From Methanobacteriota archaeon (GTDB lineage Archaea > Thermoplasmatota > Thermoplasmata > SG8-5 > JACRNV01), in contig JACRNV010000005.1 of NCBI GenBank assembly GCA_016214785.1, forward strand, positions 21,365 through 85,364: DNA of 64,000 nucleotides. Direction: 5' to 3'. The translations under genes and the position numbers were made by a program. The notes below the pieces were generated by a model, which ran no database searches, was not told where the DNA came from, and worked only from the letters and a program-made list of their open reading frames with translations. Positions 18,840 through 27,795 of the stretch are shown one piece after another. Numbering within the stretch: the first letter of the stretch is position 1; each line of letters begins with the position of its first letter.

Positions 18840-19151
18840 TCAACCACCCCTGTCCGAACTGAACAAATCGACGCCGACGACGCTCCTGACCCTCTCTCTC
18901 AGCGACGGGTCCTCCTCCGCGCTGACGGCGACTATGACCGGCCTCACGCTCTCCGCGGCCTTCTGCCTTGTCTCCTGGCTCAGGCCGGCGAGCGCGTCGC
19001 CGCTGAGTATTATGATGCCCAGTGCGTCGTCCTTCAGGGCGTCGGCCACCGCGCGCTCGAGCGTCTCTCCCGGGGCCTCGCGCACCGAGACGCCGGCGAG
19101 CCTGAACCCGAGCGTGAAGGACTCCGAGCCTATGGCGAGCATCCTGGTCAT
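18840..19151 (-). CDS. atpF: A/V-type ATP synthase subunit F
   Basis: MTRMLAIGSESFTLGFRLAGV ... LRERVRSVVGVDL; operon position. Confidence 0.92.
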   Translation of the reverse strand: MTRMLAIGSESFTLGFRLAGVSVREAPGETLERAVADALKDDALGIIILSGDALAGLSQETRQKAAESVRPVIVAVSAEEDPSLRERVRSVVGVDLFSSDRGG

Positions 19152-20209
19152 ATCACGAGCAACTCCATTATCTCGTCGCGGTCGAGGCCGCTCTCCTTCC
19201 CCCTCGATACGATGCGCAGGTTCTCGACCTCCCTGCGCTTGGCCATTAGATAGTGCAACACTGGCAAGCTTGAGAGCGGGTGCAGGTGCGAGAGCTTGGA
19301 CGACTGCCTCATCAGGTACCTCTCGCACGCCCTTATCATCGGGCCGGCCTCGCCCAACGCCTCCATAGCCTGCGCGCCCCCCGATATCTCCTCGTAGAAC
19401 GACAGCTCCTTGATGGCCTCGAGGAACCTCGGAGGGGACATGGAGGCGAGCTCGGCGAACCTCTTGATCGTAATCTCCCTCCCGGCGTCCAGCGCGAACC
19501 GCTCCGGCTCGGGGGGCATTTCATGCGCGTGCAGCTCCTCGCGCTTGAGCTTGAGCAGTGTCATGACGTTCAGCACGTCAATCTCCCTGTGGACGTACTG
19601 CCTGAAGAAGAAGTGCGCCTTGTCGTGCTGGGCGATGTTCCTCAGCAGGTTCGCGTAATAGGTTTTGTCCAGGGCGTTCTCCAACGGCATCAGGTTCCCG
19701 TCGCCGTGGGCGTCGAGTGCGTCCTTCAGCGGCGAATGCATCTCAGTGCCTTTCAGCCCTTCGACTACATCGGACACGCCCTGCTGCGCGGCCTCGATGA
19801 GCCCTTCGAGCTGAAGCAAGCCGCCCGGTATCGTCTCCTTCCTCAGCTCGTCCTTCGAGGCCTTGTGGGACGCGCCCCTGAGGATCGTCTTGACGTTCCA
19901 TAAATCGATCCTGCGCACGTATGTGTAGACGACGTCCCTCAGCTCCCCCTGGCAGAAGCCAAGGACCTTCTTGTATGTGGCGGCAAGGTTCCCGTATGTC
20001 GCCCTCTCGACTAGCTCCGCGCCCGAGAACCTGGTCGCCAGGGACTCGACCTCCTGCCTGTACTGCGAGTGGCCGATGAACTCCCCGACCTCGGGCAGGC
20101 TCATCGTGGCCAGCTTCAGGTAGTCGTCCCTCTTCAGCAGGTTCGCTCCCCTGGCCTTCACCCTCGCGCAGGCGTAGGCGTAGTTCCCCGCGCCGCTGAA
20201 CATCCTCAC
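19148..20209 (-). CDS. atpC: A/V-type ATP synthase subunit C
   Basis: Motifs YAYACARVKA, IDLWNVKTILRG, ENALDKTYY and KRREVENLRIVSRGK. Confidence 0.93.
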   Translation of the reverse strand: MRMFSGAGNYAYACARVKARGANLLKRDDYLKLATMSLPEVGEFIGHSQYRQEVESLATRFSGAELVERATYGNLAATYKKVLGFCQGELRDVVYTYVRRIDLWNVKTILRGASHKASKDELRKETIPGGLLQLEGLIEAAQQGVSDVVEGLKGTEMHSPLKDALDAHGDGNLMPLENALDKTYYANLLRNIAQHDKAHFFFRQYVHREIDVLNVMTLLKLKREELHAHEMPPEPERFALDAGREITIKRFAELASMSPPRFLEAIKELSFYEEISGGAQAMEALGEAGPMIRACERYLMRQSSKLSHLHPLSSLPVLHYLMAKRREVENLRIVSRGKESGLDRDEIMELLVI

Positions 20210-20766
20210 AGGCCCAGCTCCCGCGCCACCTTGGGCAGGCTGCCGGCCCAGGCGTCCTCGAGCATCGCCTCGTATGTCATGGTCAGGCTCACCTTGCCGT
20301 CATGGCTCTCGAGCACGACGCCGCCTGCGCCGTCCAGGTCGGCGACGACCTGCGCGCCCTTGGAGCGCGCCCGCACGAGAGCCTCGTCGGCCTTGACGCA
20401 CCGGATGCGCGCGCCAGGCAGCTCCCTGAGCCCCTTCTCGATGAGGAGCGAGAGCATCCGCTCCCTGTGCTGCCCCTGCGTCCCGGCCAGCTGCCTCAGG
20501 GAGCGCTCCCTGACCTGGTCGTGGAGCCTGCGCTTCGCGTCCATGACGAGCTTGTTCCCCTCGGTCTCGGCCGCTGCCATCTCCGTCTCCCTGAGCCTCT
20601 GGGCGTCCGACTCGGCCCGCGCCCGCTCCTTCTCGATGAGCGCTTTCGCCTCCGCGTCCGCCTCGCTCAGGATGTGGAGGGCCTCCTTGCCCCCTTTCTT
20701 GGCGATGGCATCGGCCTTCTGCTGGCCCTCGCGCCGCACTTCCTCTATCACTTCCTCCAGGGTCAT
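20206..20766 (-). CDS. atpE: A/V-type ATP synthase subunit E
   Basis: MTLEEVIEEV coiled coil and GGVVLESHDGKV; operon position. Confidence 0.9.
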   Translation of the reverse strand: MTLEEVIEEVRREGQQKADAIAKKGGKEALHILSEADAEAKALIEKERARAESDAQRLRETEMAAAETEGNKLVMDAKRRLHDQVRERSLRQLAGTQGQHRERMLSLLIEKGLRELPGARIRCVKADEALVRARSKGAQVVADLDGAGGVVLESHDGKVSLTMTYEAMLEDAWAGSLPKVARELGL

Positions 20767-20773
20767 CTCTCAC

Positions 20774-20989
20774 CTAGATCTTGAAGTACAGCAGGAAGGC
20801 CAGCGCGAGCCCGAATATCAAGATCGTCTCCGGCAGGGCGAAGAAGAATATCCCCCTGCCCATGAACTTCTTGTCCTCGGCCACGACGCCTACCACCGCT
20901 GCGCCTATGTTCCCCTGCGCGATGCCCGTTCCCAGCGCGGCCAGCCCCAATGCGATGCCGGCCCCGATTGCTACCAATCCAGCTTCCAT
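20774..20989 (-). CDS. atpK: A/V-type ATP synthase subunit K (proteolipid c), single hairpin
   Basis: Two TM helices with GIAQGNIG and ALPETILIFG. Confidence 0.95.
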   Translation of the reverse strand: MEAGLVAIGAGIALGLAALGTGIAQGNIGAAVVGVVAEDKKFMGRGIFFFALPETILIFGLALAFLLYFKI

Positions 20990-21002
20990 TTTCTTACCTC
21001 CT

Positions 21003-22979
21003 TCATTCCTTCGTGTACCTCCTGCTTCCCGCGAATGGGACGAAGGCGGTCCCCCCGCCCTCGTAGAACTTCTGGAAGAACTCGACGTAGTTCAGCCTGA
21101 GCGCCTGGATGCCCGACGACAGCGCGCCCAGCAGCAGGAGGAAGACGTGCGCCCCCGCGAAGAGGGCGATGCCGATAGGCACCATGTACCACACGCCCCC
21201 GAGCACCATCGGGAGAATCATCAGGTTAAACGCGAATGCGATTGCGGCTTTGGCCACGCCTATCGCCGCGAGACGGATGTACGACATGATGCTCGACAGC
21301 ATCGAGATCATCTCAAGAAGGGCGGTGTAGCCTTCGGTGATGACGAGCACGATGGCTCCGATGACCAGCAAAGGGGGTGTGAGGTACGGGATCTGAATGC
21401 CGAAGACGGGGAATGCGCTCGACTGTATATTGAACATGAACGTGCCGGTGAGCCAGCCCCCGAGGTCGTTCTTCTCGGCCATCTTCATGACGAGGAGGAA
21501 GAAGCCGATCATCGTGAGCATCCATCCGGCCTTGGCTGCGACGTGCTTGGCCTCGTGCCTCTGGTTGTAGGCGCCTATGACAAGGCCGAGCCCCATGTGG
21601 ACGACGCCCGCGAAGATGGAGAATATCATGAGGTGGATGACGCCGCCGGCCTCGAGCTTGTGGACATAGGATGTTATCGGGATCTGTACCCCGAAGATCC
21701 CCGACCACGAGTATTCGTCGGGATGGAGCGGCGGAGGGTTGAACGGTATGCCCAGGGCATCCCCGAAGAGGAATAGACCGAAAATCGTCGCGAAAATGCC
21801 GCCGGTCATGATTATCTCCCCCACGGCCTTGCCGCCGATGCCGAAGAGCGTGCGCTTCCTCAGGAGCCATCCGAGCGTGATGAGCAGCAGGCCGTACCCG
21901 AAGTCCCCGATCATCAGGCCGAAGAAGATCGAGAAGGTGATTGCCAGGATGACAGTCGGATCGATCTCCTTTGCCAGCGGGACCGAGTACATCTTCTGCA
22001 AGAATTCAAACTGATATATCGGCCGAGGGGTGTTCATGACCACGGGAGGCTCATCTGCCACTCCGGGCTCGAGTATCTCGACGTGCGTCGGCACTCCGGG
22101 GATGCTACCGAGCGCGGCCTTCACCCTCTCGGCGTCCTTCCACCTGACCCACCCCTCGATGACGGTGAAGTGGTCGGTCGTCCCGAATCTCAGCGGCGCC
22201 TGGAGCTTCTCGAGGCGCAAAGCCAGCACTTCCTCGGCAGCGAGGAGCTTCATGCTCCACTTGCCGCAGAGCTCCTTGGCCTGGGCGTCAAGCTCCCCGA
22301 GCCTCTTCCTCGCCTTCGGCAGCTCGGCGCGCAGGTGCCTCATGCGCTCGCCGAGCGCGCCCTTGAATGGCGGGACCTCGATGGGCTTGAAGTTCAGCGC
22401 TGTTAGAATCTCGCGCAGGCGCGCTTCGCGCCTTTTGTCGATGAGAAATGCAAACGCCCATCCACCCTTGACCTTGGCCTTGGAGACCTCGGCCCTTAGC
22501 TCGCGCAGCACAAGGGCCTCGGTGTTCTTCCTTCCGATGCCCGCAAGCGTGACTGCATTCTCCAGGTCGAACCTGATGCCCGCCGGCAGGGCTTCCAGGG
22601 GCTCGAGCAGCGCCAGCTCGCCCTCCATGTCGTCAGTCCTGGACTCCAGTTCCCCGCGTTCCTTCGAATAGGCCGAGACGACAGAATCGACCGAGGGCAT
22701 CTCGTCCCTGAGCCATGCATCGACGTCCGGATCGCTGACAACGGCCGTCGGCTCCGCTTGCTCCACGCCCAACGCCTTGAGCATTCCCCTTATCTTGACG
22801 AGCTGGCGCGACGTCTCGTCGGCGCCACGGAGGGGCGTCCCGATCCTGAAGGGCCCGTCGTTCTCCTTGAAATCTATGAGCTGCACGCATCCCAGCTTGT
22901 GAATGGCCTCTGTGGTCTGTTGCAGTTCCCGGCGCGGGAGGGCGACCCTGGCCTTCCAGAGCTTATTTGCCTTGCTCAT
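21003..22979 (-). CDS. atpI: A/V-type ATP synthase subunit I (a)
   Basis: Motifs EIDPT, FFGLMIGDFGYG, MSYIRLAAIG and QALRLNYVEFF. Confidence 0.95.
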   Translation of the reverse strand: MSKANKLWKARVALPRRELQQTTEAIHKLGCVQLIDFKENDGPFRIGTPLRGADETSRQLVKIRGMLKALGVEQAEPTAVVSDPDVDAWLRDEMPSVDSVVSAYSKERGELESRTDDMEGELALLEPLEALPAGIRFDLENAVTLAGIGRKNTEALVLRELRAEVSKAKVKGGWAFAFLIDKRREARLREILTALNFKPIEVPPFKGALGERMRHLRAELPKARKRLGELDAQAKELCGKWSMKLLAAEEVLALRLEKLQAPLRFGTTDHFTVIEGWVRWKDAERVKAALGSIPGVPTHVEILEPGVADEPPVVMNTPRPIYQFEFLQKMYSVPLAKEIDPTVILAITFSIFFGLMIGDFGYGLLLITLGWLLRKRTLFGIGGKAVGEIIMTGGIFATIFGLFLFGDALGIPFNPPPLHPDEYSWSGIFGVQIPITSYVHKLEAGGVIHLMIFSIFAGVVHMGLGLVIGAYNQRHEAKHVAAKAGWMLTMIGFFLLVMKMAEKNDLGGWLTGTFMFNIQSSAFPVFGIQIPYLTPPLLVIGAIVLVITEGYTALLEMISMLSSIMSYIRLAAIGVAKAAIAFAFNLMILPMVLGGVWYMVPIGIALFAGAHVFLLLLGALSSGIQALRLNYVEFFQKFYEGGGTAFVPFAGSRRYTKE

Positions 22980-23295
22980 TGACCAGCCCCTCCATCTCCT
23001 GCATGAGGGCCGCGACCGCGCGAGCGACCTTCTGCTCCGAGCCCTGGGTCAGCTCGTCCGCCCTCCTCTTCGCGCGCTCGACGACGGCGGCGCGCTCCTG
23101 CGCTATCCTCTTCCGCTCCAGGCCCAGGCGGGCGGCCAAGGCCTCGGCGGCCTGCCTCTGCGCGGCCTCGAGCTTGCGCATCGCGTCCCGCTTCGCCTCG
23201 CGCGTCTGCTGCTCGACCTTCTCCTCTGCAGCGCGGATCGCCGCCGCTGTCTCCCTCTCCGCCTTGGCCAGCCGCTCGTAGACGTCCCCGTCCAT
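22963..23295 (-). CDS. atpH: A/V-type ATP synthase subunit H
   Basis: E/A/K/R-rich coiled coil of about 110 aa, first gene of the operon, overlapping atpI. Confidence 0.8.
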   Translation of the reverse strand: MDGDVYERLAKAERETAAAIRAAEEKVEQQTREAKRDAMRKLEAAQRQAAEALAARLGLERKRIAQERAAVVERAKRRADELTQGSEQKVARAVAALMQEMEGLVNEQGK

Positions 23296-23519
23296 GCCGA
23301 ACCTCTCGCTCCCGGGCAGCCCGGGTAAACCCCAGAATACTTCCACCCATAAAAAATAGTACGCAATGACGGCGCCCGATACCTCTTGAAAATGGCAGTG
23401 AAAAAGTATAATTATAACTAGGCGTATCCATATTTGGAAGGAGTTTTAAAAAACGCACCTAAGGAGCTAACTGGCTGCTAAAAAATTTTGGTTTTGGTAT
23501 TCCTCTTTTTTATTTGTGT

Positions 23520-23761
23520 TAGAGCCGGGAGTCTTTTGTTCTGTTCTAACATTGACAAAAACACGAGGATTCGGGCCACTTGGTTATCTGTCCCATTGGT
23601 CAGCCGTGCGGTGGCCCCATCCATTCCCCTCTGCATCTATTCTAGAGCATCTAGTCGTTTGTTCGGTTTCTACACTGACGGATGCACAAACGAGGATTCG
23701 GGCCACTTGGTTATCTGCCCCATTGGTCAACCGTGCGGTGGCCCCATCCATTCCCCTCTGC
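23520..23761. repeat. Tandem duplicated element: two 72-bp cores (23563-23634, 23690-23761) plus degenerate 5' flanks
   Basis: Cores identical at 70/72 positions. Each contains GGGCCAC/GTGGCCC and GAGG/CCTC stems. Confidence 0.9.
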
Positions 23762-23762
23762 T

Positions 23763-23770
23763 TAAAAAAT
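23763..23770 (-). terminator. Oligo-T tract after tRNA, putative archaeal terminator
   Basis: T-run on the minus strand a few nt downstream of the tRNA 3' end. Confidence 0.5.
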
Positions 23771-23776
23771 ACTGTA

Positions 23777-23886
23777 TAGCGGGGAATGGATTTGAACCAT
23801 TGATCTACGGGTTATGAGCCCGTCGGGATTTTAGGCAAAGGTTGGGGAAGAACCCCACCCTCGTTTCCTAGCTACCCCACCCCGCT
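23777..23886 (-). tRNA. tRNA-iMet (CAT) with 35-nt D-loop intron (23830-23864)
   Basis: Acceptor stem AGCGGGG/CCCCGCT (A1-U72), anticodon arm ACGGG-CTCATAA-CCCGT and T-loop GGTTCAAATCC. BHB motif TAGG-AAA / CCTA-AAA; CCA not encoded. Confidence 0.92.
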
Positions 23887-23980
23887 ATTTTGTACTGGTG
23901 GGCCAGGGTAATTGCGCGTCGGCACTAATAAACCTATCGCACCCGATGGCTATATATCTCCGCTGCGGGATTCCGTGCCC

Positions 23981-24772
23981 ATGCCCTCGGGGACCGTGCG
24001 CGTGGGGGCGCACGACGACGACATGCACGACCGCGCGAGGCGCATCGCGTGGCTAGACTTCCCTGCGATAGAGAAGGCCAGGGTTCTCGTCGTCGGCGCC
24101 GGCGCCATCGGCAACGAGACCCTGAAGAACCTCGCGCTCGCCGGCTACCGGAATATCACCATCGTAGACATGGACCACATCGTGAAATCGAACCTCAGCA
24201 GGTGCGTGCTCTTCACTGAGATGGACGCGGGCGAGAGGCGGTTGAAGGCGGAGGTCGCCGCGGAGCGCCTGCGCGCGATGGCGCCGGGCGTCAATGCCAT
24301 CGCGCACACTTCGAAGATACAAGAGATGCCGGACACGTTCATCCGCGATCACGACATCGTGCTAGGCTGCCTGGACAACCTCGAGACGCGCCTGCACGTC
24401 AACGCGCACTGCTACGCGGCAAAGGTTCCGTACATCGATGCCGCCACGGACGGCTTCGTGGGCAAGGTCCTGGCCGTGAGCCCGCCCGGCGCGTGCCTGG
24501 AGTGCGGGACGAACCGCACCCATTCCAAGATTGTCCAGATGAGGTTCAGCTGCACGGGCGCCGACGTCTCGTTCCACGCCCCCAAGATGGCGGCGGAAAT
24601 AACTACGACGAGCGTTGTATCCGCTGTACAAGTAAGGGAGGCGCTGAAATTCACTTCCGGGAAGCGCGAGGCGGTGATGTCAAACATGTTCTATTACGAC
24701 GGCCTCAGGAACGTCTCGGACGTCCTGGAGGTGCCGCTCAATCCGGCGTGCCCGAACCATCCACCTTCCTGA
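23981..24772 (+). CDS. ThiF/MoeB/UbaA-family E1-like adenylyltransferase (start uncertain)
   Basis: Motifs VLVVGAGAIG, VDMDHIVKSNLSR, GCLDN and ACLEC, plus C-terminal CPNH. Confidence 0.88.
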   Translation: MPSGTVRVGAHDDDMHDRARRIAWLDFPAIEKARVLVVGAGAIGNETLKNLALAGYRNITIVDMDHIVKSNLSRCVLFTEMDAGERRLKAEVAAERLRAMAPGVNAIAHTSKIQEMPDTFIRDHDIVLGCLDNLETRLHVNAHCYAAKVPYIDAATDGFVGKVLAVSPPGACLECGTNRTHSKIVQMRFSCTGADVSFHAPKMAAEITTTSVVSAVQVREALKFTSGKREAVMSNMFYYDGLRNVSDVLEVPLNPACPNHPPS

Positions 24773-25580
24773 TGTCCATCGAGAAATCTATTGATTTATA
24801 GGAATGTGTCAGCGCCCCCAGCGATATGGCGTTCGCCCAGCGCGCGTACTTCGGCGCGCTCTCGGGCGTGATGCCGCCCGATGCCTCTATCTCGACCTTC
24901 GGATTGATTTTCCTCGCCTCCGAGGCGATGCGCTCCCCCTCTTCGGGCGGGACATTGTCGAGCATTATTACGTCCACATTCCCCTCCGCGGCCAGGAGCG
25001 CGTCCTGTAGGTTCGTGACCTCTATCTCCACCTTGGCGGGGGGCGGGCGCTCCTTGAGCCGGGAGAGAGCTTCCTTTACCCCGCCGCACATCACGATGTG
25101 ATTGTCCTTCACGAGGGCCATGTCGTAGAGCCCCGACCTGTGCGGGACGCCTCCGCCGAGGGCGACGGCCTTCTTCTCGTAGGCGCGGAAGCCTGGCGTC
25201 GTCTTTCTCGTCGCTGCGATTTTGATTTCGGGATTGACGGCCCTGCAGGAATCGACTATCCCCCTAGTCAGCGTGGCGATGCCGCTCATGCGCATGACGA
25301 AGTTGAGCGCGAGCCTCTCCCCCGAGAGGACGGCGGACGCGCCACCCACGGCCGTCAGCGCCGCGTCCCCCTTCGGCACGGCGTCCCCGTCGGCGTAGTG
25401 GATCTCGGGAACGGCGCCGAGGCTCTCGAAGACCTGGCACGCCTCCTCGAGGCCAGCGACGACGCAGTCCTCCCTGGCGACCATCACACCCTCGGCCTTC
25501 TCGCCGCGCAGCACCGCGCTGGACGTGATGTCCCCCGCCTCGCCGAGGTCCTCGTCCAGGAACCTGTCGATGTCGCCCAT
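24738..25580 (-). CDS. nadC: Nicotinate-nucleotide pyrophosphorylase (quinolinate phosphoribosyltransferase)
   Basis: Motifs GERLALN..MRMSGIAT, TRKTTPG, VKDNH, IMLDN and EASGGI. Confidence 0.95.
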   Translation of the reverse strand: MGDIDRFLDEDLGEAGDITSSAVLRGEKAEGVMVAREDCVVAGLEEACQVFESLGAVPEIHYADGDAVPKGDAALTAVGGASAVLSGERLALNFVMRMSGIATLTRGIVDSCRAVNPEIKIAATRKTTPGFRAYEKKAVALGGGVPHRSGLYDMALVKDNHIVMCGGVKEALSRLKERPPPAKVEIEVTNLQDALLAAEGNVDVIMLDNVPPEEGERIASEARKINPKVEIEASGGITPESAPKYARWANAISLGALTHSYKSIDFSMDIRKVDGSGTPD

Positions 25581-25692
25581 GCAGATGTATAGGGGAATGT
25601 GCGTTTATAATCCTTTCCTGGGCAGGGGAAGAGGGACGCACCGCCGGGCAGCCATCCATAAGTTTTTCTATCCCAGGGGCTTCCTGAGGCCG

Positions 25693-26403
25693 ATGGCAAA
25701 GAAACGCCGCGAGACCGATGACGAGGACGATGAGGAGGAGTTCAAGATCCCCGAGTTCGACAAGGAGGCCTACCTGCGCGAGGAGGTCAGGGACTCGAAG
25801 GCCATCCTCGTTTCGTGCCTGCTGGCCGTCCCGCTCGGCGTCGTCGCGGTGGCTCTCACCATCTACGTCCATTTCACAGCGGGCCTCCTGGTCGGCCTCG
25901 CCGGCTTCGGGCTCATGAAGCCCGTCTGGGCGCTTGCAAAGATAGACCTGACGGGCTTCGACTGGAAGAAGTGGCTCTTCAACATCGGCAGCTACTTCTT
26001 CACCTTCCTCGTCGTCTGGATACTGCTGCTCAACCCCCCGGTGATGGATGTCTCGCCCCCCGTCATACACAGCGTGCAGGTGGCGCCCTTCGCCATCGGA
26101 GACCCCCTGGAAGGCGTGAACTGGACGAACGTCCCGGGGCCAAACCTCCCGGTCAGCATGACGAACGGGACGGGATGGGTCGTAAGGGCCGTCGTCTCGG
26201 ACAACGTGAGGCTAGGCAAAGACCCCGTCATCTACGTCGGCAGCCTTTCCACGCCGCCTATCACCATGACGTACCATGCGGCATCCGGCACGTGGTACTA
26301 TGCCAGCCCGGACGCCCGCCCGCTGGGGCAGTACATAACATTGATGGCCTGGGACATGGACAGCAGGGAGACCAGGTATGAGTTCTCCCTGACCAGCGGC
26401 TAG
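25693..26403 (+). CDS. Hypothetical membrane protein
   Basis: Start MAKKRRET, acidic N-terminus (FKIPEFDKEAY), three TM segments ending in NPP, then a beta-rich domain. Confidence 0.7.
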   Translation: MAKKRRETDDEDDEEEFKIPEFDKEAYLREEVRDSKAILVSCLLAVPLGVVAVALTIYVHFTAGLLVGLAGFGLMKPVWALAKIDLTGFDWKKWLFNIGSYFFTFLVVWILLLNPPVMDVSPPVIHSVQVAPFAIGDPLEGVNWTNVPGPNLPVSMTNGTGWVVRAVVSDNVRLGKDPVIYVGSLSTPPITMTYHAASGTWYYASPDARPLGQYITLMAWDMDSRETRYEFSLTSG

Positions 26404-27749
26404 ATCTCCCACGGCAGGCGCTTGTCGAGCAGCGCGCTCAGAAGCGTGCCGTGGCCTCCGCCGAGGAGCTGCGCGTGGTCAAGGACCTTCCCGTCCTTCC
26501 TTATCGGGCCGTTGAGGTTCTTCCCAAGGTCGAGCGACGACAGGACCGAAGAGAGGAGCTTGACCGGCTCGCGGTACTTGCGCTGTATCTCCACATACCA
26601 TCGGCCCTCGTGCAGGAACGGCGGCGATATCGTCCCGCGGCTGGCGCGCCACTTGCCCACGAAGTCCTGCGAGTTCTCGTTCGCGGCCGGGGGGCCGTCG
26701 TGCCTCAGCACGGGGGGGAGCGAGCCGCTCTCCAGCTCGAATACGATGCCCACGCTCTCGTCTATGAAGAGCTCGTGGTCGATGACCCGGAAATCGTACT
26801 GCCCGAGGATTGAGGCAATGCGCCTCTCGCCCTTCCTGGCCTGGGGCCACAGGACGTCCTCGGTCAGGTGGGGCGCGGGGAAGACCAGCGCCATCAGGTA
26901 CGTCCCCCTCCTCTTCGCGAGGTCCCTCAGCTCCTCGTGGGACAGCGGCTTCCGCGGATTGGGGAAGAAGAACTTCCTCGCCGGCTTCGCGATGTAGTCG
27001 TGCGCGGCCTGGATGAGCTCGCCCATGCGCTGCGCGGAGACGGCCGAGGCCACGTTCCGGCCCGCGTCCACGGGGTCTATGACGACGAGAGGCTCGTTGA
27101 ATGCCGTGCCCTTCTTCTCGGTGAGGGTGATGCGTTCGCCGTGCTGCCAGCCCTTCGCTGCCCCGAGGACGCCTCTGAAGCTTCCGTATTTCAGCACAAG
27201 GAGCTCGACGAGGTATCCGGAGAAGCCCTGGTAGCGCGCCTCCGCGCCGTAGACGCCCACTCCCTTCATGAAGCGCTTGAGGAGCCTGACCTCGTCCCTC
27301 TGGGGTTCGGTGATGCGCCCCTTGACGAAGGCGGTGTGGAACGGCGTGCGGTCGACGGCCGTCATCTTCGAGTCCGGCGAATCTATCTTGTAAGAGGGGA
27401 CTATGTCCACCTCAAGCCCCTCGTGGGTGCCATGCAGGTAAGGGTGCTCGGCGTAGCGCTCCTCGCCGTGCATGACGGCCCTCGCGAGCCTGAGGCCCGT
27501 TGTCTCCAGGTCCGCGCGCGAAGTCTCCGGAGGAAAGAGTATGAACATGTCTATGTCCGGGTCCAGGAGGTGCGTGCCCTTGGCGATGGAGCCGACGAGT
27601 ATCGTCTCGGCCCTGAGGCGCTCGCGCTCGATCTCTTTGCGGAGCGCGGCCTCCAGCGACGCGACGGCCCTGTCTATCGCCCGCTGTTCCTTCGCGCCCG
27701 GCCTGACCTCTGCCAGGACGTCCTCCTCCAGCCTGCTCCTGCCGCTCAT
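26400..27749 (-). CDS. cca: CCA-adding tRNA nucleotidyltransferase (archaeal class I)
   Basis: Motifs VGSIAKGT.L.DPDID, YAEHPY, AVDRTPFH, GFSGYLVELL and IDPVD..RNVASA. Confidence 0.95.
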   Translation of the reverse strand: MSGRSRLEEDVLAEVRPGAKEQRAIDRAVASLEAALRKEIERERLRAETILVGSIAKGTHLLDPDIDMFILFPPETSRADLETTGLRLARAVMHGEERYAEHPYLHGTHEGLEVDIVPSYKIDSPDSKMTAVDRTPFHTAFVKGRITEPQRDEVRLLKRFMKGVGVYGAEARYQGFSGYLVELLVLKYGSFRGVLGAAKGWQHGERITLTEKKGTAFNEPLVVIDPVDAGRNVASAVSAQRMGELIQAAHDYIAKPARKFFFPNPRKPLSHEELRDLAKRRGTYLMALVFPAPHLTEDVLWPQARKGERRIASILGQYDFRVIDHELFIDESVGIVFELESGSLPPVLRHDGPPAANENSQDFVGKWRASRGTISPPFLHEGRWYVEIQRKYREPVKLLSSVLSSLDLGKNLNGPIRKDGKVLDHAQLLGGGHGTLLSALLDKRLPWEI

Positions 27750-27795
27750 CGGCTCGTAAGTGCGCGAAGGGCTTATCATCTTTTCCATTGGGCGC

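Noticed and set aside
23563-23761. Repeats as a mini CRISPR array or attL/attR of a tRNA-integrated element
   Set aside because: The units are 72 bp with related intervening sequence, the tRNA-matching 11-mer is inverted rather than direct, and there is no integrase.
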